DNA of 64,000 nt, from NCBI GenBank assembly GCA_041659685.1, contig JBAZXV010000004.1, forward strand, positions 70,355-134,354, written 5' to 3'. Positions 44,518 to 53,354 of this stretch are shown here, one piece after another. Positions within the stretch are counted from its first letter, which is position 1, and every line of letters starts with the position of its first letter. This stretch comes from Parcubacteria group bacterium. Its GTDB lineage: Bacteria > Patescibacteriota > Minisyncoccia > Moranbacterales > UBA11712. Position numbers and translations under genes: made by a program. Below the pieces are notes generated by a model. The model searched no databases and was not told where the DNA came from. It saw nothing but the letters and a program-made list of their open reading frames with translations.

Positions 44518-44546
44518 TTCTGCCGCATTGATTTTTCTCATTGAAA
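44518..44546 (+). promoter_or_regulatory. Consensus promoter TTGATT-N17-TATATT (family member 4), upstream of the csaA-like gene
   Basis: TTGATTtttctcattgaaaatagTATATTTAAC. Confidence 0.5.
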
Positions 44547-44566
44547 ATAGTATATTTAACTTATAA

Positions 44567-44914
44567 ATGCACAAAACTATGGCAACTATTGAAGATTTTC
44601 ACAAGATGGACATTAGGGTTGGGAAAATCATTGAAGTCGAGGATTTTCCGGAAGCCCGAAAACCGATGTATAAGATCACGATCGATTTCGGCTCGGAGAT
44701 TGGCGTAAAAAAATCGTCGGTCCAGCTGGTTACGCTCTATAAAAAAGAAGAGCTCATGGGCAAAGTTATTTTGGGCGTCGTTAATTTCCCGCCCCGCCAA
44801 ATTGGTCCGTTTCTTTCCGAAGTCCTCACCCTCGGCGTCCCGGACAAGGAAGACAATTGCGTCCTCATTGTCCCCGAAAAAGACACGGCGGAAATCGGCG
44901 GGAGGTTATTTTAA
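44567..44914 (+). CDS. tRNA-binding protein (CsaA/Trbp111-like OB-fold domain)
   Basis: …DIRVGKIIEVEDFPEARKPMYKITIDFGSE…; the start may be the ATG at 44579. Confidence 0.75.
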   Translation: MHKTMATIEDFHKMDIRVGKIIEVEDFPEARKPMYKITIDFGSEIGVKKSSVQLVTLYKKEELMGKVILGVVNFPPRQIGPFLSEVLTLGVPDKEDNCVLIVPEKDTAEIGGRLF

Positions 44915-44918
44915 GTGA

Positions 44919-45482
44919 TTGAACAAACTCATGCAAAGATTAAGTATTGTTAACGAAAATGACGAAGTGGTCGGAGAGGAGACTCGCGAAAATATCCACA
45001 AAAAAGGGCTGCTTCACAGGGAAGTCCATGTCTGGGTCTATAATAACAAGGAAGAGCTGCTTTTTCAGGAAAGGTCTATGATTAAGGATACCTATCCGGG
45101 GCTGTTTGATGTTTCTGTCGGCAGTCATGTTGAGATCGGTGAGGAATACGAAAGGACTGCATTAAGGGAGTTGGAGGAGGAAACTGGAATAAAGGCGAGG
45201 AAAAATGATCTGACTTTTATTGCGAGCATAAGAGGAAACATTATTGATGAACTCACTGGAATGAAAAATAACTCAATAAAAAAGATATATGCTTTTCGTT
45301 TTGACGGGAACGTGGAAGATTTAAAGGTTGAAGACGGAGAAGCGGTGAGTCTAAGATTTTTTCCAATAGAAAGGATTTTGAATTTATCGGAAGAGGAGAG
45401 CAAAAAATTTACACCTGAAATGATGAGCGAAGAATTTAGGGATGTTTTCAGAAAAATAAAGTTATTGGCGCTGAAAAAATAA
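44919..45482 (+). CDS. NUDIX hydrolase
   Basis: Nudix box …SVGSHVEIGEEYERTALRELEEETGI…. Confidence 0.8.
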   Translation: MNKLMQRLSIVNENDEVVGEETRENIHKKGLLHREVHVWVYNNKEELLFQERSMIKDTYPGLFDVSVGSHVEIGEEYERTALRELEEETGIKARKNDLTFIASIRGNIIDELTGMKNNSIKKIYAFRFDGNVEDLKVEDGEAVSLRFFPIERILNLSEEESKKFTPEMMSEEFRDVFRKIKLLALKK

Positions 45483-45486
45483 AGTT

Positions 45487-46083
45487 ATGAATTTTTCCAA
45501 GGAAATATACCAAAAAATTTGGGATGCGGCGTTGCCATATCAAGATAAAAGGGATGACGCGGGACATGCGGAGATTGTTACAAATTTCGCTCTGAAACTT
45601 TGCAAAATAGAAGACGTGAATGAGGAAATTGTTATTCCCGCGGCTATTTTGCATGACATCGGTTGGAGCCAGCTATCTGACAAAGAAAGATTCGTTATAT
45701 TTTATAAAAAAGCCACAAAAGAAGAGATGCTGCATATCCGCCTTCGTCACCAAGAAGAAGGAGTGAAATTGGCTAAAAAAATATTGGAAGATGTTGGTTA
45801 TACTTCGGGATCAATTCGGAAAATAGTTGAAATAATTTCCGAGCATGATACGCGTAAAGTATTTTTGTCCAAGGAAGATGGAATCATGAGAGACGCGGAC
45901 AAATTATGGTGTTTTAGCAAATTGGGTCTTGGCGCTGACCATAGGAGAAGGAAAGAAGGATTTTCTTCCTATTTCAAACAATTGAAGGAAAATATTGATA
46001 ACAGATCATTTTTCTTTTCCGAATCAGCAAGGAAAATAGCACGGAAGGAAATTGAAATAAATAAAAAAGGACTTGGTTTTTAA
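45487..46083 (+). CDS. HD-domain phosphohydrolase
   Basis: …ILHDIGW…EHD…; HD motifs. Confidence 0.7.
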   Translation: MNFSKEIYQKIWDAALPYQDKRDDAGHAEIVTNFALKLCKIEDVNEEIVIPAAILHDIGWSQLSDKERFVIFYKKATKEEMLHIRLRHQEEGVKLAKKILEDVGYTSGSIRKIVEIISEHDTRKVFLSKEDGIMRDADKLWCFSKLGLGADHRRRKEGFSSYFKQLKENIDNRSFFFSESARKIARKEIEINKKGLGF

Positions 46084-46095
46084 ATTTATGGCAAT

Positions 46096-46179
46096 ATGAG
46101 TGAAAAAATATTTTTCCAAAATTCAAACGGCGTGAAACTTTATTGCAATCTTGAAAAATTCTGGACTGAATGTGCATGA
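46096..46179 (+). pseudogene. 27-codon fragment duplicating the N-terminus of the alpha/beta-hydrolase gene at 47383
   Basis: MSEKIFFQNSNGVKLYCN… against MHQKIFFQNSNGLKLCGV…. The ~30-nt core TTCCAAAATTCAAACGGC(G/C)TGAAACTT is near-identical. Confidence 0.55.
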
Positions 46180-46249
46180 TCATGAGACTATTAGTTTTGG
46201 AAGAGTAATTTTCGCACAATAAGTTGATAATTAAAATATTTGTTGTTTT

Positions 46250-47380
46250 ATGGTGCATATTGAACGTCCAACATTTCTAGCGGATCAGGCAGAGATTGAG
46301 AATGAAAGATTGGCAGACGGACAGCAAGTGAAAGTTGTCGAACTCTCAAGTGTCAGTCAAGTAACTGCAGAAAAAGTTCCGAACGGTTATGTTCTCAAGC
46401 AATACAAATGGCCGGAATTTGATATGTCCTGGACGGATATTTTTGAGGGCGACGATCTGATTAATCCGTATACCCATCGAACGGCGAAAGCATACGAAAG
46501 ATTGAAAAAATCCGGTCCGCAAGAAGATGAACCCCTAACTAAAGATATAATCAAAGCTGTTCAGGAGCAGTATGAAAAAGAAGATTCCATATCATCCTCC
46601 AGGGATAACGAAAAATTTGAAAAAGAGCAGCCGGATCGACACGCCTATCTCTTGCAAATGAGAGAAAAATTACAAAACCCGGAATATGTGGCAAAGGCGG
46701 TCGAAGCCTGGAGATTTCCAAATATAGCCAAAAGGTTGCATAAAAGGAATAAAGGGTTGCAACAATTTTTTAGCTCTCACGGATTGCCAGATCTGATTGT
46801 TCCGACAAATATTGTTGTGGGAGCGGAAAGGAACGAGATTGATGAAAGCAGAGACGGACCGAAACATTTATATGAAATCCAGCCCAGAATTAATTCATTG
46901 GCTTTGCCTGAGTCAGTATTGAATGGAGCTTACGTTGTCTATCACGGCGCAAACATCGGCATGCTTTATTTTAGGGCTTTAAGCCCGGATCAATTGAAGA
47001 AGCAAATTGAAATTCAGAGCTCAGAACTCTCGGAATATCTCAGCAGAAGTTTGTCTTTGGAACAACTTAATAAAATAAGAAATGAAATTAGCAATCTTAT
47101 AAATGCTGCCAAACAACTTCCGCTTGAGATCGGAAAAATTCCTTATGATATTTTGATGCTAAAAAATATTCTAATTACTAAAAACGGGCTAAGGATTATC
47201 GACACGAATCGGTTGATTGCTTTTCCGGAAGGGGATATTGTGGATTGGATGCAAGAAACGGTAGTGCCCGGTGATAATATTTCTGATTTTGATTTATCTC
47301 AAACCAAAATGGCTTGTTTGCAAAATTATCAGCGAATGGTGGATTTTTGGGAGCATATAAAAATAAAGATCGAAAATTGA
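46250..47380 (+). CDS. Hypothetical protein with a protein-kinase-like (APH/Kdo-kinase-like) C-terminal catalytic-loop pattern
   Basis: …YDILMLKNILITKNGLRIIDTN… resembles the D-x4-N catalytic loop plus a downstream Asp. Flanked by duplicated hydrolase-gene sequence. Confidence 0.35.
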   Translation: MVHIERPTFLADQAEIENERLADGQQVKVVELSSVSQVTAEKVPNGYVLKQYKWPEFDMSWTDIFEGDDLINPYTHRTAKAYERLKKSGPQEDEPLTKDIIKAVQEQYEKEDSISSSRDNEKFEKEQPDRHAYLLQMREKLQNPEYVAKAVEAWRFPNIAKRLHKRNKGLQQFFSSHGLPDLIVPTNIVVGAERNEIDESRDGPKHLYEIQPRINSLALPESVLNGAYVVYHGANIGMLYFRALSPDQLKKQIEIQSSELSEYLSRSLSLEQLNKIRNEISNLINAAKQLPLEIGKIPYDILMLKNILITKNGLRIIDTNRLIAFPEGDIVDWMQETVVPGDNISDFDLSQTKMACLQNYQRMVDFWEHIKIKIEN

Positions 47381-47382
47381 TG

Positions 47383-48141
47383 CATCAAAAAATTTTCTTC
47401 CAAAATTCAAACGGCCTGAAACTTTGCGGGGTTTTGTCGAATCCGGCGGATGATGTCTCAAGGCCGATTATGATCCTTTGCCACGGGTTCACGAGGAGCA
47501 AGGACACTAGAACCTACCCGATCCTTGAAAAACTCATCAATGAAAAAAATATAGCGACTTTCCGCTTTGATTTTTTCGGACATGGGGAAAGCGAAGGAAA
47601 ATTTGAGGATATCACAATTTCAGAAGGTGTTGATGATATTTTGCGTGCGATTGATTATCTCAAAAGTCTTGGATACTCAAAAATGGGTTTGTTTGGGAGC
47701 AGTTTTGGCGGAGCGGCGAGCATAATCGCGGCTTCAAAGACCAAGGACCTTTCGCTTCTAGCCTTGAAATCGCCGGTCGCGGATTATATGGAAAGAGAAA
47801 TTGGAAAAGGAAATAAAAAGGAGTTGGAAGAATGGAAGAATAAGGGGTATAAAGATTATTTCGACAGTAAGGGGAACAAATTCAAATTGAACTATACATT
47901 TTTCGAGGATTTTAAGAATAACGACGGCTATAAAGCGGGTAAAAATATTTCGATTCCGACATTGATCGTCCACGGTGACGCGGACACATCGGTTCCAATC
48001 GAACAAAGCGATAAACTGGTTGAAATTCTCCCAAACGGTAAGCTGGAAATAATTCCCGGAGCCGACCATCATTATTCCAATCCGGAACATTATCAGAAAC
48101 ATTTGGATTTGATTGTGGATTTTATTTCTAAAAATATCTAA
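47383..48141 (+). CDS. Alpha/beta hydrolase (dienelactone-hydrolase / S9-like)
   Basis: …ILCHGF…, nucleophile elbow GLFGSSFGG, catalytic …VHGDADTSVP… and …GADHHY…. Its ATG overlaps the upstream TGA stop. Confidence 0.75.
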   Translation, partial: HQKIFFQNSNGLKLCGVLSNPADDVSRPIMILCHGFTRSKDTRTYPILEKLINEKNIATFRFDFFGHGESEGKFEDITISEGVDDILRAIDYLKSLGYSKMGLFGSSFGGAASIIAASKTKDLSLLALKSPVADYMEREIGKGNKKELEEWKNKGYKDYFDSKGNKFKLNYTFFEDFKNNDGYKAGKNISIPTLIVHGDADTSVPIEQSDKLVEILPNGKLEIIPGADHHYSNPEHYQKHLDLIVDFISKNI

Positions 48142-48179
48142 TCCTCCAAAATCCCGCCGGGATAATTTAAATAAAACTT

Positions 48180-48728
48180 ATGCCAATCAAAATAACATAT
48201 TTTGTCCATGGAACTACCCTGGATAATGAGCAAGATTTAGCAACTGGATGGCAGCCGGGAGAATTATCCGAATCAGGGAAAAAACAAGCGAAAGAACTCG
48301 GTAAAATTGTTGCTGACAAAAAATTCGATGTCGTATTTTGTTCAGACCTGAAGCGGTCCATTGATTCGGCTGAATTGGGATTTGGCGATCGATATAAAAT
48401 TATAGAAGATAAGAGATTAAGGGAGGCAAACTATGGTGATTTTACGGGAAAGCCGGCCGAGATTTTCAAAAAAAAGCCGATCGAATATATCGAAAAAAAA
48501 TTTCCAAACGGAGAAAGCTATCAGGACGTGGAAAAAAGAATGAATGATTTTCTGAAATTTTTGAAAGGAAACTTCGATGGAAAACATGTCGCGATTGTGG
48601 CACATCAGGCTCCGCAGCTGGCGCTGGATGTACTGCTTAAAGGCAAAACTTGGAATGAAGCGATTGTCGAGGACTGGCGAAATACGAAAAATTGGCAACC
48701 TGGATGGGAATATTTTATTAAAAACTAG
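48180..48728 (+). CDS. Histidine-phosphatase (phosphoglycerate-mutase-like) family protein, non-canonical
   Basis: …ITYFVHGTT…, …VAIVAHQ…; the canonical Arg is replaced. Confidence 0.6.
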   Translation: MPIKITYFVHGTTLDNEQDLATGWQPGELSESGKKQAKELGKIVADKKFDVVFCSDLKRSIDSAELGFGDRYKIIEDKRLREANYGDFTGKPAEIFKKKPIEYIEKKFPNGESYQDVEKRMNDFLKFLKGNFDGKHVAIVAHQAPQLALDVLLKGKTWNEAIVEDWRNTKNWQPGWEYFIKN

Positions 48729-49003
48729 ACTCAATCAGTCTCAAAATCCCGCCTTTTTAATATATGGAAATTTCAAAAGAAACATCAAAACTGAATATTG
48801 ATGGCCGGAAAGAAAAAACGCCCGAGCCGGATTTTGTCGGCGTTTATAAGAAGAGACTAGCTATGGCAAAACCCGTTGCCGAGCCGGAAAGGGAGCTTAC
48901 CGCTTTTGACTACAGGGACACAGGACTGAAATCCATTGAAAAAAGAATTCCCGTGGTTGTGTTCGAGTGGGGATAAGAAAAGGATCCCGAATATAACCTT
49001 TGG

Positions 49004-49558
49004 ATGTTTTCCGAAAACGATCCCGCGAAGAGATTGAGCCACGAAATAATTCGCGATGATCTGAGCAGTCAAATCGGGCAGAATAATGAGAATTTAGGGC
49101 TGGGGCCGTTTTCGGCTTATATCCTTATCGGTTCAAAAGGCGGAGATGATACGGAAAAAACAACGTATCTCGCGGTGCACGAAAGTTTTGCCCGCATAAT
49201 CGAAATGGAAAACCAGGAACCGGCCAATAATGCCTTCATAAAGAAATGGCAGGACTTTCTTGAAAAATATAATGTTGATTCGATTATCGGGGAATTCAAG
49301 TCCTCACTTCCAGTGGGAAAGCGATCTAAGCGCGGTAATCCGGAAGAGGTTTTGAATGTCGATATTGTGGGGCGAATGATGGAAAACACGGAACTCATGA
49401 AAATCGCAAAAGAAGCGCATTTGACGAACTACGGGGTGATGAGGCTTTTTCTCGAATATTATGCCGCCAAAAAAATTAATCGCAATTATGATTGCCGGGC
49501 AAACGCTGCGAGGCTGGCAGAAGAGACGAAAGAGCATCCTTATGAAAGACAGGATTAG
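49004..49558 (+). CDS. Hypothetical protein
   Basis: 184-aa ORF in a co-directional gene run; no recognisable family. Confidence 0.45.
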   Translation: MFSENDPAKRLSHEIIRDDLSSQIGQNNENLGLGPFSAYILIGSKGGDDTEKTTYLAVHESFARIIEMENQEPANNAFIKKWQDFLEKYNVDSIIGEFKSSLPVGKRSKRGNPEEVLNVDIVGRMMENTELMKIAKEAHLTNYGVMRLFLEYYAAKKINRNYDCRANAARLAEETKEHPYERQD

Positions 49559-49588
49559 GATAATGTTAATTTTAAAAATTAATAATCC

Positions 49589-49870
49589 ATGCTGCCATTA
49601 ATTATAAACTACAGCGCCCTGATAGCCTTTTCTTTTTTTACAATTGATATTGTTGTCCAAATATTCCATATCCACAAAATAAAATCCTCAAGAGATATTT
49701 CCATAAAGGGATCTGTAATCAGGGCTGTTGCCGCTTATATTCTGTTGGTTAAATATTATTCCGTTAATGATATTTTTTTGGAGATCGGGCAAACGGTGTT
49801 TACCCTTTCGCTCACCGCATACTTATTGATGATGATTTATTACAGGAAGGGCGCAGACCAACCGGAATAA
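49589..49870 (+). CDS. Small hypothetical membrane protein (2-3 TM)
   Basis: 93 aa, hydrophobic. Confidence 0.4.
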   Translation: MLPLIINYSALIAFSFFTIDIVVQIFHIHKIKSSRDISIKGSVIRAVAAYILLVKYYSVNDIFLEIGQTVFTLSLTAYLLMMIYYRKGADQPE

Positions 49871-49934
49871 ATTATTTTCTTGTCCTATCTCCTTCAAATT
49901 CCGCTGAAATATTAATTTTTTAAAGGATAATTAA

Positions 49935-50360
49935 ATGTCCGAAATGCATGGAGTTGAAAACTCAAGTGGAAATGAAATGAAACTGTATAGTTTTGAAGAA
50001 TTTTGCGAGCGGCAGGAAAATTTCTATACCATTTTTTTGCCGGAAATAAATTCTAAGATACTTGGAGAATTTCAAAAAGATAATCCGGAGCTGGCGGAGA
50101 AACTGATTGTTGAAATGGGCGTGGCTATCAAGGCGAATCTTGCCAAAGAAAATCCATTCAGAGTTAGCAAAATAATTGCTGAAGAATATCGAAAGAAAGG
50201 AGAACAGATCAGCGACGAAAAACTTATTAAGGAAGTGTCTTTACGCGAAGTATTTGGGCAAAAGAAGGCAATAGAGCCGTTTTTAGCGGATTTATACGAA
50301 GCCTATCTGATTCTTAGAAAAAAATATTCCAATAGGGAATTGAAATTGAAATATTGGTAA
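49935..50360 (+). CDS. Hypothetical protein
   Basis: 141-aa ORF; helical and charged. Confidence 0.45.
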   Translation: MSEMHGVENSSGNEMKLYSFEEFCERQENFYTIFLPEINSKILGEFQKDNPELAEKLIVEMGVAIKANLAKENPFRVSKIIAEEYRKKGEQISDEKLIKEVSLREVFGQKKAIEPFLADLYEAYLILRKKYSNRELKLKYW

Positions 50361-50434
50361 ATCCGCCTGCCTGATAAAATTTATTCTTCAAAAAATTCCC
50401 GCAAATAAGCCATGAAATTATATATTTTAACGCT

Positions 50435-51115
50435 ATGGAAAAAGAATCTCTAACCAGAAATCACTTATCCGCCACAAAAGAAAAATGGGAGGAAAAGCAT
50501 GGAAGCGGAGAATGGGCGGGCGGAAAGTGGGAAATAAAAAGAGTAATTGATTTTTTCGACCGATACAAAAAAGAGCTTGGCCGCGAGGTGCTGGATATCG
50601 GTTCCGGCTGCGGGCGCAATGCGGTTCCCTTGGCGAGAAGGGGACACGATGTTACCTGTCTAGAACTCACTGAGGAGGGGCTCAAAAAAACCAGAGTGAA
50701 ACTTGAGGCCGAGCAGCTTAAGGCGAATTTAGTTCAGGGGGATCAGAGCCGTCTGCCTTTTCAGAATGAAAAATTCGATTCAGTCGTCAGCGTCCAGTCT
50801 TTCCAATTCAATGTGACAAAGTGGGACGCCGAGAAATCTTTTGCGGAAGCGGCCAGAGTGTTGAAGCCGGACGGCATTTTTTTCTTGAGAGTCCGGTCGG
50901 AAGATTTTTTTGACGGCAACCACAAAATTTTCGATGAAGCGGGCAGTTTGGAGTCCAGAGGATATTCTCTGGCTGAAATCATGCATCTTGCGGCGGCCAA
51001 TAATATGGAAATTATCGAAGAACCGGTGGATTCATATAAGGATGACAAGGACGGAAATATTATTAGAAAAGGGCAGTGGAATATCGTGATGAGGAAAAAG
51101 AAAGTAAACCATTAG
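50435..51115 (+). CDS. Class I SAM-dependent methyltransferase
   Basis: Motif I VLDIGSGCGRNAVPLA; motif post-I/II …VTCLELTEEG…. Confidence 0.75.
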   Translation: MEKESLTRNHLSATKEKWEEKHGSGEWAGGKWEIKRVIDFFDRYKKELGREVLDIGSGCGRNAVPLARRGHDVTCLELTEEGLKKTRVKLEAEQLKANLVQGDQSRLPFQNEKFDSVVSVQSFQFNVTKWDAEKSFAEAARVLKPDGIFFLRVRSEDFFDGNHKIFDEAGSLESRGYSLAEIMHLAAANNMEIIEEPVDSYKDDKDGNIIRKGQWNIVMRKKKVNH

Positions 51116-51166
51116 AATTCCAATGGAATATTAAAATAAAATCAATAATTATTATTAAGCAAAAGT

Positions 51167-51922
51167 ATGCTGCTTGAAAACAAAACAGCGATTGTAACCG
51201 GTGCGGCGAAAGGTATCGGAAAAGGAATTGCTCTGGCTCTCGCGAAAGAGGGATCGAACGTCGTCGTTTCGGACATTGACCAAAAAGAATCAGAAACGGT
51301 GACTGAAGAAATCAAAAAAATAGGGCCGAAAGCACTCGCTGTCCAGTGCGATGTTTCCAAAAAAGAAGAAGTGGAAAATCTTTTCTCGAAAACTATTCAG
51401 GAATTCGGCCACGCCGATATTCTCGTCAACAACGCCGGAATTTATCCTTTTAAACCCTTTGTCGAGATGCAAGAATCCGATTGGGACAAGGTAATGAACG
51501 TGAATTTGAAAAGCATCTTTCTTTGCTCGAAGGAAGCCGCCAAAGTTCTGCCGGAAGGCGGGCGGATTGTGAATATTTCCTCCGTCGCCGCTTTTGTGGG
51601 ATTTGAAGGGCTAGTGCATTATTGCGCTACGAAAGGAGCCGTTAATGCGATGATCCGGGCGCTGGCGCTTGAACTTGCGCCGAAAAAAATCACCGTGAAC
51701 GCCGTGGCGCCGGGCGCTATCGACACTCCGGGCGCCAGTCAACCGGACCAGCCGAGAACTGCCGCCGAGGAAACCAGGAAACAAACCATTGCTATGATTC
51801 CTCTTTCCCGAATGGGTCAGCCCGAGGACATTGCCAATGCCGTTGTTTTTCTGGCTTCGGAAAAATCCGGTTATATTACCGGCCAAACGATCATTGTCGA
51901 CGGGGGATGGACTTTAAGATAA
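51167..51922 (+). CDS. SDR-family oxidoreductase (FabG-like)
   Basis: TGAAKGIGKGIA (TGxxxGxG), NNAG, and a Y-x3-K catalytic pair (…YCATKGA…). Confidence 0.85.
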   Translation: MLLENKTAIVTGAAKGIGKGIALALAKEGSNVVVSDIDQKESETVTEEIKKIGPKALAVQCDVSKKEEVENLFSKTIQEFGHADILVNNAGIYPFKPFVEMQESDWDKVMNVNLKSIFLCSKEAAKVLPEGGRIVNISSVAAFVGFEGLVHYCATKGAVNAMIRALALELAPKKITVNAVAPGAIDTPGASQPDQPRTAAEETRKQTIAMIPLSRMGQPEDIANAVVFLASEKSGYITGQTIIVDGGWTLR

Positions 51923-51953
51923 GAAGTTCGTAATTATTCATAACGGAAAACTT

Positions 51954-52712
51954 ATGGAAATCAGCCTCAAAAACAAAAATATTCTCGTGACGGGCGCCAG
52001 CCGGGGAATTGGGAAGGCAATTGCGGAAGAAACGGGAAAATCCGGAGCGCGAGTGGCGGTTCACTATGGAAAAAATAAGGCGGAAGCTGAAAAAATAGCC
52101 AAGGAAATCGGGAATAATTCACAAGCTTTCGGAGCAGACCTTGAAAAACCGGAGGAATGCAAAAATCTTTTCGAAAAAGTTGTAAAGGATTTTAGGCGCA
52201 TTGACGTTCTTGTGAATAATGCTGGTGTCGCAATATTATCTCCGCTCGACGGCGACAAATGGGTTGAGGCTTGGGATCGGACGATGGCAATCAATCTGCG
52301 ATCCGTTGGAATTCTTGCGCGTCTGGCTATTCAGCATTTTCGCAAAATAGGCGGAGGAAAGATTATTAATATAGCATCCCGCGCCGCATATCGGGGGGAT
52401 ACGGCGGAATACTTAGCCTACGCCGCTTCCAAGGGCGGAGTGGTTTCGCTCAGCAAATCCATCGCCAGGGATTTTGGAAAAGACAATATTGTGTGTTTTG
52501 CGCTGGCGCCGGGCTGGGTGCGGACTGACATGGCAAAGGAAGCTATGGATCAGGATGAATATGGCGAAGAGTTCGTTATGCAGGGGATCGCGCTCAATCG
52601 TCTCACTGAGCCGCGTGACATTGCGCCCATTGCCGCGCTTCTCGCGAGCGGGCTTGCGGATCACGCCACCGGAACGACGATTGACATCAACGCGGCGAGC
52701 TATGTCCACTAA
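51954..52712 (+). CDS. SDR-family oxidoreductase
   Basis: TGASRGIGKAIA, NNAG, …YAASKGG…. Confidence 0.85.
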   Translation: MEISLKNKNILVTGASRGIGKAIAEETGKSGARVAVHYGKNKAEAEKIAKEIGNNSQAFGADLEKPEECKNLFEKVVKDFRRIDVLVNNAGVAILSPLDGDKWVEAWDRTMAINLRSVGILARLAIQHFRKIGGGKIINIASRAAYRGDTAEYLAYAASKGGVVSLSKSIARDFGKDNIVCFALAPGWVRTDMAKEAMDQDEYGEEFVMQGIALNRLTEPRDIAPIAALLASGLADHATGTTIDINAASYVH

Positions 52713-52793
52713 TATTCTCCGAAATATCATTGCGACGAATACTTTCTCAACTCGGAAATACAGTCTTGTTATTGGCTACGGGGTAATGCTGTA

Positions 52794-52831
52794 TATTTCT
52801 TATCAGTAAACTAGTTTACTGATAAGAAATA
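52794..52831. promoter_or_regulatory. 38-bp near-perfect palindrome (core TATCAGTAAACTAGTTTACTGATA), copy 1, immediately upstream of the YerC-like gene
   Basis: TATTTCTTATCAGTAAACTAGTTTACTGATAAGAAATA is exactly self-complementary over 38 nt. Confidence 0.6.
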
Positions 52832-52856
52832 AAAAGTAATATTTAAGAGAAATATT

Positions 52857-53291
52857 ATGGCCGGTAAAGTGAAATACAATCAACTGACTGATTTTCAGAA
52901 AAAGAAATATCTGGGAGAATTTTATGATATGATTTCGCTTCTTGGGAGCAGGGAAGAAGTAAAAAAGTTTTTCAAGGATCTTCTGACCTTGAGTGAGGTC
53001 GTCATGATCTCTCGGAGAATTCAGATTGCGAAAATGCTTCTGGAAGGGAAAAGTTTCGAGGATATAAAAACAAAAATGAAAGTCGGGAGCAATACGATCA
53101 GTCATGTCGAAAGATGGCTCAACAACGGATTTGGGGGATATAAAGAGATAATTAAAAGGCACGAGAAAGATAGGGCGATGAAAAATGAGGAAATCGAAAA
53201 AAGGATGTCGGCAACTCCGTTTTCCTGGAAAGCGATCAAAAGAAAATACCCATTGCATTTTCTACTACTCAACGCTCTTGATAATAAATAA
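52857..53291 (+). CDS. TrpR-like / YerC-YecD family DNA-binding protein
   Basis: …LTLSEVVMISRRIQIAKMLLEGKSFEDIKTKMKVGSNTISHVERWL… matches the YerC/YecD (Trp-repressor-like) HTH. Confidence 0.65.
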   Translation: MAGKVKYNQLTDFQKKKYLGEFYDMISLLGSREEVKKFFKDLLTLSEVVMISRRIQIAKMLLEGKSFEDIKTKMKVGSNTISHVERWLNNGFGGYKEIIKRHEKDRAMKNEEIEKRMSATPFSWKAIKRKYPLHFLLLNALDNK

Positions 53292-53294
53292 CAT

Positions 53295-53324
53295 TTTTAT
53301 CAGTAAACTAGTTTACTGATAAAA
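53295..53324. promoter_or_regulatory. 30-bp perfect palindrome, copy 2 of the same core, between the YerC-like gene and the downstream MTase gene
   Basis: TTTTATCAGTAAACTAGTTTACTGATAAAA; the 24-bp core is identical to copy 1. Confidence 0.6.
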
Positions 53325-53354
53325 GAAAATATAAGTGATAACCTGCTTGCTAAA

